DNA from: Octopus sinensis
Lineage: Eukaryota
DNA: 64,000 nucleotides
Assembly (NCBI RefSeq): GCF_006345805.1
Contig: NC_043007.1
Location: 62,434,001 to 62,498,000, forward strand
Reading direction: 5' to 3'
In this document: in pieces, positions 40,158 through 53,063 of the stretch
Numbering within the stretch: position 1 is the stretch's first letter
Layout: the number at the start of each line of letters is the position of its first letter
Made by a program: the position numbers and the translations under genes
The notes under the pieces: model-generated
The model's input: the letters and a program-made list of their open reading frames with translations, nothing else
Database searches by the model: none
What the model was told of the DNA's origin: nothing

Positions 40158-41231
40158 AGTTGATAGCCAAAAGCTTACTGAATCTTTTGATACCCCATAC
40201 GTCAAAAATGGCAACTCAGTTTTGGAATGCAGGAGAAAAATATACACACACACACACACACATACAAACTCTCTTTTATTTATATATGATATAAAATCAC
40301 TTTGGTGGTCAGTTCAAGCCACAAGATTTATTTGAAATGAAACTATAATTGCATTAAGTGATGCCAATCCATGTAGAGGTAGGCAAGGATATATTTAAAC
40401 TTGTATACAGGTTTGTTACACCCATTAGAACATGTATTTAGTAATGAAAATGAAACTTTAAAAACATTGGGAAACAAAAATTAAGCTGTTCAAAGCAGTG
40501 CTTTGAAATTTTTTCTTTTACAACTGCTGTATATCTCAGATCTTTTTTGTTTCTGATCGCTTTAGTTTTGATTTTACTGATTTTAGTACTTATTGCATAT
40601 ATTTTCAGCCTTACTTGGCTTCTATTTTAAGTCCTTTTGCCACTTCAATGCTCACAGCAATTTCAGTGTTTTCATTTTAATTATTGTTCTCTTAAGTCAT
40701 TCATGAACAGAAACTTATAACTCTTGAAACATGTCTATTCGTGATTTTCACATTGTCTAATTGTTACTATACTTTTCCTTCTCCTGTTCAGTGACTTTAT
40801 AAATCTTGATTATTAACTTCTGTTTAATTAGGTTGCTGTCTCCTCTGGTGTCTGTCACTTCTTGCCTCTTCTATCAGCTGTTTCTCCATACTTTTTTTTA
40901 TTTAATATATTTATAATAACTTAGAACAAACTAAACATTTAATTATTTAATTTCTTATCTTTCTTTTCTTTTTGTAGTATAACGTTGATTACGATATTTA
41001 TGACAATTAATTTTGTTTTAATCATATCTTATCATTAGCTATTTTCATTTGCTTTTGAAACTTAGTTTTCATGATATGATAAGCTTTAAAAAAGCTGTTC
41101 ATGAGTTTGTCAAATGATATTTACTTTGATAAGGCATAAGAAATAATGTGATTTTTGAAGATTTTTTACTCAACTATAAAGACTATAAACGGTATGAATA
41201 GTATAAGAGATGATATCAAAAAGTTCCCATA

Positions 41232-41647
41232 GGCGCAGGAGTGGCTGTGTGGTAAGTAGCTTGCTAACCAACCACATGGTTCCGGGTTCAGTCCCACTGC
41301 GTGGCATCTTGGGCAAGTGTCTTCTGCTATAGCCCCGGGCCGACCAATGCCTTGTGAGTGGATTTGGTAGACGGAAACTGAAAGAAGCCTGTCGTATATA
41401 TGTATATATATGTATGTGTGTATATGTTTGAGTGTGTGTGTTTGTCCCACCAGCATCACTTGACAACCGATGCTGGTGTGTTTACATCCCCGTCACTTAG
41501 CGGTTCGGCAGAAGAGACCGATAGAATAAGTACTGGGCTTACAAAGAATAAATCCCGGGGTCGATTTGCTCGACTAAAGGCGGTGCTCCAGCATGGCCGC
41601 AATCAAATGACTGAAACAAGTAAAAGAGTAAAAGAGAGTAAAAGAGT
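41232..41647 (+). mobile_element. Full-length tRNA-derived SINE
   Basis: Highly similar to 26937-27327. Confidence 0.85.
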
Positions 41648-41649
41648 AT

Positions 41650-42520
41650 ACTAGTTCTGTAGCACACCAACAGATGGCAGCTCACAGTTGTGTGCACAGT
41701 GAGAGCTAGCAGTGACCTTCACGAGGCAGTGTGCTGAGCAACATTGCTGTGTTTACTTCACACGTGAAATTTGTGTTTTTGTGATCACATATATGCTGTA
41801 GTCTGCAACTTTGTCATGGATAGGAACAAAGAGCCAACACGAAACTTTGTGTTAAACTTGGAAAGCCTGCTACAGAGGCATTGAGCATACTTTGGCAAGC
41901 TTACAGAAATGAGGCAATGGGTCATGCACAATGTTTCGAGAGACATGGGTGCTTCAAAAGCAGAAGAACGTCCCTGGAAGATAAGCAATCTGAATGGCCT
42001 GACATGAGTGTCACCCCTGGAAATGTGGTATTGTGCACCAAGAATTCATCCCCAAGGCCAGGCTATCAATTGAAAGTCCTACTGCAACGTTTTGAAGTGT
42101 TGGAGGGAGTGACCAGATCTGTAGTGTGTGAAGAATTGGATTCTTCATGATGACAATGCACCCTGTCACCAAGCTCTCCTCACTGATGAGTTTCTCACCA
42201 AAAACAACATGATATCACTTTCACATCCACTCTATTCACCAGATTTAGCACCTGAAGACTTCCATCTCTTCTCCAAGGAGAAAATGCAACTCAAAGGTCA
42301 TCATTTCAACACCTTTGTCGATATTCAGAGCAAATTGCAGAAGGTCTTCAACTTGCTTATGGAAAAAGACTTCCAGACCAGATTCCAAAAAGAATGCTGG
42401 GACTAGTGCATTGTTGTGCAAGGTGGCTATTTCAAAGGAGATGATCTTAAAACTGAGATAAACAAGTTATTTTTTATTAAACATAACCAGTCCTGGAACT
42501 TTTTGACACCACTCATAAAT
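41650..42520 (+). mobile_element. Decayed mariner transposon
   Basis: WILHDDNAPCH...HPLYSPDLAPEDFHLF (mariner HDNA and YSPDLAPxD motifs) in ORF 42128-42406. Confidence 0.85.
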
Positions 42521-44278
42521 AGTATAAAGGATGAGATTGGAAAAGGTTAGGCAAGCAAAGTTTACATTACTAAAAAGATATTAATTCCTGAAACTGTATG
42601 ATAGACAACATGCAATATACATCAGAATTCTTAGAGATGGCTTTTTTATTACAGTTTACAGCTGAAAAAGTGGAATATCAAGAAAAAAAGAAGGAAAAAA
42701 TTATTAGCAAAAATATATGTACTAAACATTTCCTTGACTCACATAGCAAAGACTTCTCTTTCATTCAACTATAAATACCTGCAAGTTAAGATATATACAA
42801 TTACTTCCATTTTATTTCATTGTTCAAGTTGAAAAAGAGCCCCAAAGATAACTGTTTTAATAGCAAATTATTATTCTTTCAGGTTCTTTTCAGAAATATA
42901 GCAGTGTCCTGTCTGTTTGAATATTTGATTTTAATTTTTTAAATGTGTTTCAGTCCTGCACTACATACAGATTTATTATCTTGTTAGATGTCTAAAAGGT
43001 TGTAAGCAAGTTGCCAAATTTGGAATAATCAGACAATATAGTTATTTAGTGGAAAATTTTCTGGCAAAAACTGCAAGATATAATAATTTATATACCATTT
43101 ATTATAATAGATGTCTAAATTAAATCACACTAGCTGCAAAAGTAGAGACCTTTATTATTATTTGTGGAGAAAATGGGAAGATATCAGCAATAGTGTAATC
43201 TTTCCTCTGCCCTTTAACTATATAGGTTAAATATCTAGTACTTTCAAATAATTTCTTATCTTCTCTGAATATATTGAATATATCTTGCACAATATCAAAA
43301 AAGACAAGAATTCATCTTCTATGAAATACAGCCTAAACATTTAATCAATATAGTTCAAATATTACATCTTAATGTATCTTGCAGGATAATTTCAAAATCT
43401 AATAATTTTGTATTGGAATACTGAAAGACTAACATTAAAACCATACCATATTGTTCACTGACCCAGCTTGAGATAATATCATAAGCAAGTACAAGATTCT
43501 TTGAAAATATTTCATGTTGGACGATTTTCAATTGAGGTTAAACTTTATAGTGGCTGCCTTACCAAGAAAACTCACTATCCGTGGACATTTGAGAATTTAC
43601 AAGGACAAGTTCATCGAGATATTTTTGTTACAGATCAGTATGGCAAATGACCTTGGTTGTAAGCTCAGGCATAGGTGTGTGGTTAGAAAGTTTGTCTCTT
43701 GGAGACAGCTGAGCACAGACAACAGAAAGGGCACCCTACTGTAGGAAATCTACCTCAACAATTCCACCTGACCCATACAAGCGTGGAAAAATGGATACTA
43801 AAAGATGATGATTTTTTTTCTTTTCTTTTGTACCCCTTGCAAATAGTAATAATGGGTTTTGTTTGAACTGTTAAGACAGCAATCAAATCACATTGTCTTT
43901 CACCTTAATATTGTTCATGTTGTTCCTGCAATCAGTTCACTCACAATTATTTATTTCTCTGGTCATTCAAATTCTTTTTATGAAAATTATGCTAGGTTAG
44001 CCATCCCTAATGACACTAGGTAAAGCTCCTATAAATAACTTGTAGGTAATTAATATGATTGACGATTATAGAGGCAACAAATCTGAAGAGATTGGAAAAA
44101 AAAAGGAAGAGGTAAAAGCTTACGTATTTCTTTGATAATAATATCAGCAATATCTTCTTTGTTGATATGGCTTATCATTTGCAAGAATGCACCCAACATT
44201 TCAATAACTAATGCCTCCACTTCCACTACTACTACCACCACCACCACCACCACCACCACCACCACTACCAACATCACC

Positions 44279-44310
<32 letters not shown>

Positions 44311-45066
44311 CATCACCACCACCACCACCACCTCTACCATCACTGCTGCTTCACCCTTTGCTTCACCTGATGTCATTCTGTAACTATAAATTACTTAACC
44401 AATAAGCAGGGAGGAGTAGCAGCTGTTGCCTTCAGACTAAGTTCACCTAACTCACTTCTGATATGACCATCACTAAAGTGTCAAATAATCAGTTAAACCA
44501 ACAAAGAAGCCTGTACATGGGAACACAATCTGCTAGAAACAGCAACCAAAACTGTCTCAAATCATGCCATACTGTCTTTAACAAAATGTAGAACACATTG
44601 GAAGAGGTAGTTTAGGATACATTGCTTGAATAATAAACAGAATAGTTATGGCTGTATCATACCACATATAATTACCCACTACATGTCAGAAAAGGAAGTG
44701 TAGATGTATGTATAGTATATCTGGAGCAATGGATCTGTGGATATCACATAAAATGTTTGGCAAACTCCCCTCATACTGTTTTGATCAGAGTTGATGTATT
44801 CTACACAGTAACAAGTGAATGACTAAGGATCAACAAAATAGTTAGCATAGCACTATCTCAGGTAGAATTCTTTGAGGCAGCATAAAAGAGGAATGCTAAC
44901 ATGTTTCATTCAAAAGCAATGCTTATTACAATAAATTGAAAGATGGGGTTATCAGCTTGTAGGTTGTGTTGTGCACCACTTTCACTTGGTTCCATTGTAG
45001 TTTTATATATCAACATGTATCCCTTCATTTACATAACGTTCTTTGAATCACTGTATGTATATATGA

Positions 45067-45108
<42 letters not shown>

Positions 45109-45186
45109 CACAGACACACACACATGCACAGACACACACATGCACACACACACATACATATATATGCAATATATTTTTGGCACTCT

Positions 45187-45560
45187 GTTGGTTACGACGA
45201 CGAGGGTTCCAGTTGATCTGATCAACGAAACACCCTGCTCGTGAAATTAACGTGCAAGTGCCTGAGCACTCCACAGATCCGTGTACCCTTAATGTAGCTT
45301 TCAGGGAGATTCAGCATGACACAGAGTGTGGTGGCAAGGCTGGCCCTTTGAAATACAGGTACAACAGAAACAGGAAGGAAGAGTGAGAGACTGTTGTGGT
45401 GAAGGAGTACAGCAGGGTTCACCCCAGCCCCGCCAGAGCCTTGTAGAGCTTTAGGTGTTTTTGCTCAATAAACACTCACAACACCCAGTCTGGGAATTGA
45501 AACCAGGATCCTATGACCGTGAGTTCACTGCCCTAACCACTGGATCATTGTGCCTACACA
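45187..45560 (-). mobile_element. tRNA-derived SINE (third family)
   Basis: Minus-strand head cagtggttagggcag...ggtttcaattccc. Related pieces at about 57660-57810 and 58070-58230. Confidence 0.65.
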
Positions 45561-45564
45561 TGCA

Positions 45565-45653
<89 letters not shown>

Positions 45654-45817
45654 CGTATAAATATGACATGGGCAATTCTTGTATATTTTCTTGTCTTGGG
45701 GTTCACGCTCAAACGACTGGGTGGAATTGCATGCAAAAATTACACAGATGTGTAGAATGATCCGGTGGTGTTGCTGAGCTTTGTATTTTTGCATAGCTCC
45801 CATGGTTACCGAGATAA

Positions 45818-46525
45818 TCTACTATAATAATACTCTTGTGTTTATGAATGAGAAAGGAAGGGGTGATAGATGAATAAGGAAGGAAGGAAGGAGTGATGTC
45901 ATACTTGGTAGTGGGATGATGAAAATTGTATGCTGAAAAAAATAAATCAAACAGCATTTCAACTCTGTGTGAATATATGTGAGTGTATGTAAAAGGGGTG
46001 GGTGGATACGTGAATGCATGTGTATGTTGCATGTGTACGTGTGCGCAATCAATGGAAGCGGGATGGTTAACATTCAACGCTGAAAAGAAAAATCAAACAG
46101 CATTTCAACTCTATGTATTTGGTATTTATTTACCACGTCTTGTATTTAGTCACAACCAGCTTTATGTGGCCTTAAGTAGGACAACAAGGAAGGAAAACTT
46201 TAAAATATTTTTGAAGGAAACAAGCGACCAAAGGATGTTAGTTGCCAATAGATTTTTCACAAGTTTGGTAGTAAAAGAATTATTAAACTAAAAATTTGGT
46301 TTTGTACCTTATCTACTATAGTAATACTCTTGTGCTTTTCTCTGTCACAACATATGAATGAGAAAGGAAGGAGTGATAGATGAATAAAGAAGGAAGGAGT
46401 GATGGCAAACTTCATAGTGGAATGATGGAAACTGTACAGTGGAAAAGATAAATCAAACAGCGTTTCAACACTATGTGAGTTTGTGTGTGTATGTAAAAGG
46501 GGGGGGGTCTGTGAATGTTTGTGTG

Positions 46526-46562
<37 letters not shown>

Positions 46563-46880
46563 ACAATGGAAGCGGGATGGTGAACATTCAATGCTGAAGA
46601 GAAAAATCAGTGTTTCAACTCTGCGTATTTGGTATTTACTTGCCAGCTCCAGTATTTTGTCACGGCCAGCTTTATGTGGCCTTAAATCAGAAAGAAGGAA
46701 GGAAAACTTGAAAATTCTTTTGAAGGAAACAAGCAATCAAAGGATGTTAGTTGCGGATAGATTTTTCAAAAAAAATTTAGTAATAAAAGAATTATTAAAT
46801 CAAAATCTTGGTTTTGTACCTTATTTACATATAAAATACTACAATTTGCCGTAATTTTTTATGGCATGGGGCCCAGCTGG
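45818..46880 (+). mobile_element. Tandem dimer of a Helitron derivative retaining the PIF1-like helicase C-terminus
   Basis: Units start TCTACTATA at 45818 and 46312. GIYLPRLVFSHNQLYVALSR (cf. PVFSHGQLYVALSR). The 3' hairpin tgccgtaa/ttatggca is followed by CTGG. Confidence 0.75.
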
Positions 46881-47035
46881 TGTATATATATATATACATA
46901 CACACACACACACACACACACACTTACACACTCTCTCACACACACATGCATATATATATATATAAATCAAATCAAATCAAATCAAATCAAATCAAATCAA
47001 ACCAAAATAGATGAACATCAATGGAATTTGTATCC

Positions 47036-47500
47036 TTGTGGTACCAGTGCCGGTGGCACATAAGAAAACCATTCAAACGTGACCGTAGCCAGTACCGCAT
47101 CGACTGGCCTCCGTGCTGAGGGCACGTAACAAACACCATCCGAGCGTGGCCGTTCGCCAGCCTCGTCTGGCACCTGTGTCGGTGACACATAAGAAAACAC
47201 CATTCGAGCGTGGCCGTCTGCCAGCCTTATCTGGCACCTGTGTCGGTGGCACATAAAAAAAAAACACCATCCGAGCATGGCCGTCTGCCACCCTCGTCTG
47301 GCACCTGTGTTGGTGGCACATAAAATCACCCACTACACTCTCGGAGTGGTTGGCGTTAGGAAGGGCATCCAGCTGTAGAAACACTGCCAGATCTGACTGG
47401 CCTGGTGCAGACTTCGGGCTTGCCAGACCCCAGTTGAACCGTCCAACCCATGCTAGCATGGAAAGCGGACGTTAAACGATGATGATGATGATGATGATGA
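47036..47500 (+). mobile_element. RTE-tail repeat with internal tandem units of about 70 bp
   Basis: Repeated ggtggcacataa...cgagcgtggccgt...ctggcacctgtgt units, then the RTE-type tail ending (gat)n. Confidence 0.7.
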
Positions 47501-47528
47501 TATTTATATATGCAATACATATATATAT

Positions 47529-48206
47529 ACACATGGTGGGGTGAATAAACTGTTGTCAAAATAACACTGAAATCTCATTTTAACAGATATATTTACCAAA
47601 ATTACATTAAAATATTTTGAAATACTAGGGAGTAAATTTATTCGATAAAATCGCCATTGGCTTTAACCATGGCTTCTAGACCACTTCGGAATCTCCTGCA
47701 GCTCTTCTGGACAGTTTCCTTGTTTAAGTTGGTGAATGCTGTAATCCTTGCCTTCAGTTCATCTTTGGTGCTACAAGGAGTTTTGATCTCTCACTCAACT
47801 GCACCCCACACATAATAATCATGGGGGTTGCAGTTTAGAGAGTTAGGTGTCCAGATGTTAGGGGTGATGTCACAGAAATTGTCTGACAGCCATGACTGGG
47901 TTCTCCTGCTTGTGTGGCATGGTGCAGAGTCCTGTTGCCAGACATAGAGTCTTTCAGCAGCCACTCTTTTGACCCAAGGCAGCACTACCTCCTCTAGGTA
48001 CTTGTTGTAGGCCTCCATGTTGAGTTTGAGACAGTGTGAGAAGATGAATGGAGGCATAACATGAATTGCGTCATAGTGCTGTTTTATTCACCGAGGGTGC
48101 CCAACTAATCCTACTATACTGTGTAGTCAACAAGACCAAAAACAAACATTGCCCATGCACAAAATTAAAAATATAAAATGGCAACAATTTATCCATTGCA
48201 CCCTGT
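47529..48206 (-). mobile_element. Internally deleted Tc1/mariner (maT/rosa-like) element
   Basis: YVWQQDSAPCHTS...WTPNSLNCNPHDYYVW (cf. QQDxAPxH...WPPxSPDLNPLDY). Imperfect TIRs resemble tacagggtg...ataaattgtt. Confidence 0.75.
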
Positions 48207-48232
48207 ATGTATGTGTGTGTGTGTGTGTGTAT

Positions 48233-48974
48233 ATATATAAAAACCAGCTTAGAGAAGAAGAAGAAACGAAACGAAACGAATCGAATCGAATCGACGCGAG
48301 GGCGCTCAGTCATACAATAGTGTAATAAATAAAATATATGCATACATACAAACATATATGTACGTACCTACATCTACATGTATATATACATGCATATATA
48401 AATATATATACGTGTGTACAGGACACCACAAATAGACGTAGAACTCAATGAGAAACGAAAAGGTAAAAACAGCATGGAACGGACCATTTTTTTAACAACG
48501 AAAAAACAGAGTACAAGACAACTACACAAGGAAAAATCCCCTTCATCAGCTGTCCCTAGTTCAACTCCAGCATGTTTCAAAGGTGAGGACAGAACACGTC
48601 TCGTCGAACTAGTCCTTCCTGCGAAAGAAAGTTCGTCGACCCGGCTGTGAGAGAGATGAGGAGGAGTGAGAGAGAGAGAGATAGAGAGGAAGGAAGCCAA
48701 AGAGGGTGAAAGAAAGAGAGAAGAAGGAGTTATAGAGTTTCGCGTCATAATTATATATAAAAACCAGCTTGGAGAAGAAGAAGAAACGAAACGAAACAAA
48801 ACGAATCGACGCAAGGGCGCTCAGTCATACAATAGTGTAATAAATAAAATATATGCATACATACAAATATATATGTACGTACCTACAACTACATGTATAT
48901 ATACATGCATATATAAATATATATACGTGTGTACAGGACACCACAAATAGACGTAGAACTCAACAAGAAACGAA
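48233..48974 (-). mobile_element. Partial-tandem repeat unit (period about 520 bp), probable pseudo-LTR family, related to 63340-63915
   Basis: 48233-48455 is repeated at 48752-48974. It shares gtcctgtac...atatatgcatgt and GAAAC...GGACAR-CTGATGAAGGG with the 63-kb copy. Confidence 0.6.
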
Positions 48975-49220
48975 TATATATATATATTCAATATAGGGAA
49001 AAAAATCATTTCCTTCAAAGGGATATAAAACATCCAATTTTCACTGATTCTTCAGTTAGATACCACAATATAGTAGTGAAAAATCTGAACTTAAAATGAT
49101 ATAATTTCAATATATGAATATCAAAGTAAATAGAGAAATACAATTGACATATTAAAGATTTATTTACATTATAAAAATATTTGCTTTTTGTTCTCTAGGC
49201 TCTTCTTTTTTATTTATTCT

Positions 49221-49327
49221 TCACTCTGATAAAGCTCCGTGTTTCAGATCAGTTATGATAAATATTTTTTAGTATATCAATGGCAATACCATAAAACATG
49301 GGAAGCAGAAACAGCTGTTAGATGGGA
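49221..49327 (+). ncRNA. Decayed type I hammerhead with long stem II
   Basis: CTGATAA core variant, gctccgtgttt...aaacatgggaagc stem II, GAAA-CAGCTG-TT. Stem I is weak. Confidence 0.45.
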
Positions 49328-49589
49328 TGCAGTCTATTTGTATTGAATTGATAAATAATAATTGATGTCAGTCAATTCTTGTTCATCAATATTTCTCAAT
49401 TTTCTATTTTCTTGAAATTACAGGTATATATATATATATATACACACATATACATACACACACACACACGCACACACATTTCCATTTTCATTTTTTCCAG
49501 TGCCATTTTTTCCCTGAGGTGTCTTTGTTTCAGGTTCATCTGTAATGGCTTTGATCTGGAATTTACATGGGAGAATTAATGGTGCCCGA

Positions 49590-49660
49590 TTGAGACAACG
49601 TTTCACATGAAAAGCAACTTCACATGTGCTTCAGAGAACCTGATATACGCACTAACATTC
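49590..49660 (+). mobile_element. Penelope-like GIY-YIG endonuclease N-terminal fragment
   Basis: KSNFTCASENLIYALT (cf. FTCxSxNxIY of PLE endonucleases). Confidence 0.6.
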
Positions 49661-50279
49661 CTTCTTATTCTCCCTTCTCTTTCTTCTTCTTCTTTGTCTT
49701 CTTCCTCTCCACCACCTCCTTCCTAACTTTACCACTATTGCTGTTTAGAATAACACCTACACAAATTTTATAAACAAAACATTCAAAAGAGATATTTCAG
49801 GAATTCAATAACTACTACCATCCACTGCGGGTCACTTTCAGGGCAGTTGACCAATCAACATAATACTGTCATAGCACTTCCACATTCTCCTCCTCCTCCT
49901 CTCCTTTTTCTTCTTCTTCTTCTTCTTCTTCTTCTTCTTCTTCTTCTTCTTCTTCTTTTCTTCTTCTTCTTCTTCTTCTTCTTCTTCTCTACCAAGAATT
50001 CACAACGACCTCAAACCCACAAGAGTAAATGAGAGAGAGAAACAGGCTCAAACAAGGAAAATGCCACTTGTATTTGAACACTATGCAAATATTCTTTTAA
50101 AAAACTTTTCTTTTAATTTTTCCAAAATTTAATTGTTTTCCATCATTATGTATGAAATCTCACCTGTTTAAAATTCTTGAAAAAGTCTTAATGACTGAAA
50201 CCGGTGCTGAAATGTTTTTTATAAAATCATTTTAGCATTTTCTATCTTGACCTTTTTTTCCATATGTATATATATGCAT

Positions 50280-50682
50280 GTAATCTCTTTTATAGAGACT
50301 TAGTAATTTTAATATTTCTATTATTGAAAACAAGTGGATGTATTCCACTGAAACTAGGTAAATAGAAACCTTCGAACAGAGACGTCAGTGGCGACACCTG
50401 CAGGTCTGACTGCGCTATATTGACAAGGGGCAATACCCCGAAACGCGTCTGTAGCTGTCGGACTGGGAGTGTGAAGCGGCTGACCTCCCTTGTTTGAAGG
50501 TTATAATGGATACAGATCGTGTATCAATAGCTATCTTGATGGCGGTGGCCTCATGGAGCTGACCAGCGGCAGCGATTATTCTTATATCTATAAGAATGCC
50601 ATATTAATATGGCGATAACAATTAATTTCCAGTAAACGCTGCCGTAATCTCTTTTATAGAGACTTAGTAATTTTAATATTTC

Positions 50683-50688
<6 letters not shown>
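50280..50688 (+). mobile_element. Retrozyme/pLTR-like unit: 364-bp period bounded by identical 45-bp direct repeats
   Basis: gtaatctcttttatagagacttagtaattttaatatttctattat occurs at 50280-50324 and 50644-50688. The unit contains the hammerhead at 50414-50455 and is followed by (TA)n. Confidence 0.7.
50414..50455 (+). ncRNA. Minimal type I hammerhead with mutated core
   Basis: GCTATA-TTGACAA-GGGG caata CCCC-GAAA-CGC-GTC-TGTAGC. All helices are present, and the core differs from CTGACGA at two positions. Confidence 0.7.
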
Positions 50689-50747
<59 letters not shown>

Positions 50748-50756
50748 GTATGCATA

Positions 50757-50794
<38 letters not shown>

Positions 50795-50943
50795 CACATA
50801 CACATATGTATATATACGTATATATATGTATATGTATATATATATATTATTTTTTAAACCAGACCTAATTTTCTTAATTATATGGAAAGCACCACTAATC
50901 CAACAACACTGGACTTGTCCGGGCTTATGTATGAAATCTCACC

Positions 50944-51037
50944 TGTTTAAAATTTAACCTGAAGATGGTGTTATGATGTAATCCATGAATACATTACAAA
51001 ATTTTTTTTCCAAAACAGCTGTCATAAATTTTAAACA
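50944..51037 (+). ncRNA. Decayed type I hammerhead with long stem II
   Basis: 13-bp perfect helix TGTTTAAAATTTA/TAAATTTTAAACA, core CTGAAGA (50959-50965), tgg...cca stem II, (G)AAA-CAGCT-GTC. The G of GAAA is lost. Confidence 0.6.
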
Positions 51038-51292
51038 TCATTTGTGTTTTATAACCTACACCACACCAAGGGCTAACCCCAGAGTTGGAACTATGGTTTA
51101 AATTGGATCTGGTACCTGCATATATATATTATCCTTCCGACATCTGATGCCTTCGAAGTTGTTTACCTCACTGTGAGCTCTATGTTACCATACCTAGCCG
51201 TTTCTGGCATCCAATGCATTAATGTACTTAGATTTTATTGAATCCTTAAAAGTAATAAACATATAGAGATAGATATATAGGTAGATAGATAA

Positions 51293-51367
<75 letters not shown>

Positions 51368-51690
51368 GCCAGAGACAGACAGACAGACAAACATATTGAG
51401 TGGTTCCCAATTTAAATTGCAAAACAGTAACCATTATTTATAATTCCATATGCATTCCCATTTGTATTATTTTCCTTGTATCATTTGGTATGAATCTGGA
51501 GTTGGATATGTCACAGAGTACATATTGAAAACAAAATTTAATATGAAAGATTGTTTATAACTAAATATTTGATAGACAATCTCTCTTGTTTAGTTTTCTT
51601 TTATACATACATACATAAATACATACATACATACATACATACATACATACATACATAAATACATACATACATATATGTGTGTGTGTATAC

Positions 51691-51747
<57 letters not shown>

Positions 51748-51804
51748 ATGCATAAACACATATACACATATCCATATACATACCTATGTATATATATATA
51801 TTAT

Positions 51805-51866
<62 letters not shown>

Positions 51867-52260
51867 AACATCCACATACATGTACATACACGTACAGTGT
51901 GTAACATACTACTTAGATATTGATATCTAACCATTGGCACAGGGCCACACATTTTTGGAGAGGAGGTTGCAGTAGATTAAGTCACCCTCCCCATTGGACA
52001 TGAATGCTACTATGTTTTATGAACCATCCTCCTCATCCTCCTACAAGTATGTATGTAGATATACATGTTTAGGCATATAAGCATGTATATGTATGTGCAA
52101 CTGTATGTGTATATAGCTGTGCAGTTGAATGACCTTGAGTATGTATGCATATGTGCATGTGTGTTGTTTGTTTTTTTATGTCCAGTTATTGTAAAACCAC
52201 TTTTACATTAATCTGATGGGTTACTCTATACTTTTGTAGAGTAAAAATTTACTATTCACA

Positions 52261-52794
52261 AACAAGAATATTGTTGACTGTGACTTCAAAGTTTCAGCCA
52301 GTCAAGTTGATCTTGGCTTTATATAGTCCGTGTTGAGTTAAAATCTTCTTAGTGTATGAGGGTTCAAGTGAAGTGATAATTAGGTTTTAGAGTGAGTTGT
52401 TATGACAAGGTGTTTTGAAGAAATTTTTATTGATTAAATTTGGGGTTATGTTATTGTTTAGAATTTGTTCATTTATGTAGAACTTTGTAAGGGGTGTGAA
52501 TATTTAGCTGTGTTCCTTTTGGTAGTTTTACTTTATTTATTTTTTGTTTTTATTGGATTTAATCCTTCTCTTTGACAATGTAAAGGTATTTAATCAATAA
52601 AAATTTCTCCAAAACACCTCTCCATAACAACTCACCTTGAAATCTAATTACCACTCCACTCAAACCCACATATCCAAGAAAGATTTTTAACTCAACAGAA
52701 ACTATATAAAGCCAAGATCAACTTCAGTGCATTGCAGTCCAACAATGGCTTAACTGGCTAAAACTTTGAAGTCAATGTCAATAATATACTTGTT
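52261..52794. mobile_element. Old inverted pLTR-like pair with decayed hammerheads
   Basis: Arms about 52261-52440 and 52588-52794 (ttgatcttggctttatatagt/actatataaagccaagatcaa). The outer parts carry RAAAC-TTTGAA-GTC motifs. Confidence 0.6.
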
Positions 52795-52915
52795 ATGGCT
52801 GCACCAGATTGGAGCCTGGTGCAGCCATCTGGTTCGCCAGTCCTCAGTCAAATTGTCCAACCCATGCTAGCATGGAAAGCGGATGTTAAACGATGATGGT
52901 GATGATGATGATGAT

Positions 52916-52949
<34 letters not shown>

Positions 52950-52958
52950 ACACACACA

Positions 52959-53001
<43 letters not shown>

Positions 53002-53004
53002 ACA

Positions 53005-53063
<59 letters not shown>

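Noticed and set aside
43478-43650. Short open frame YHKQVQDSLKIFHVGRF...YPWTFENLQGQ
   Set aside because: Bounded by stops, with no convincing splice sites or recognisable domain.
44132-44405. Signal-peptide plus Thr-rich mucin-like ORF and a poly-Pro ORF
   Set aside because: Produced by an (ACC)n/(AAC)n tract. No splice or homology support.
47040-47325. Regularly spaced repeats resembling a CRISPR array
   Set aside because: Whole units are repeated without unique spacers, they lie inside a eukaryotic retroposon tail, and there are no cas genes.
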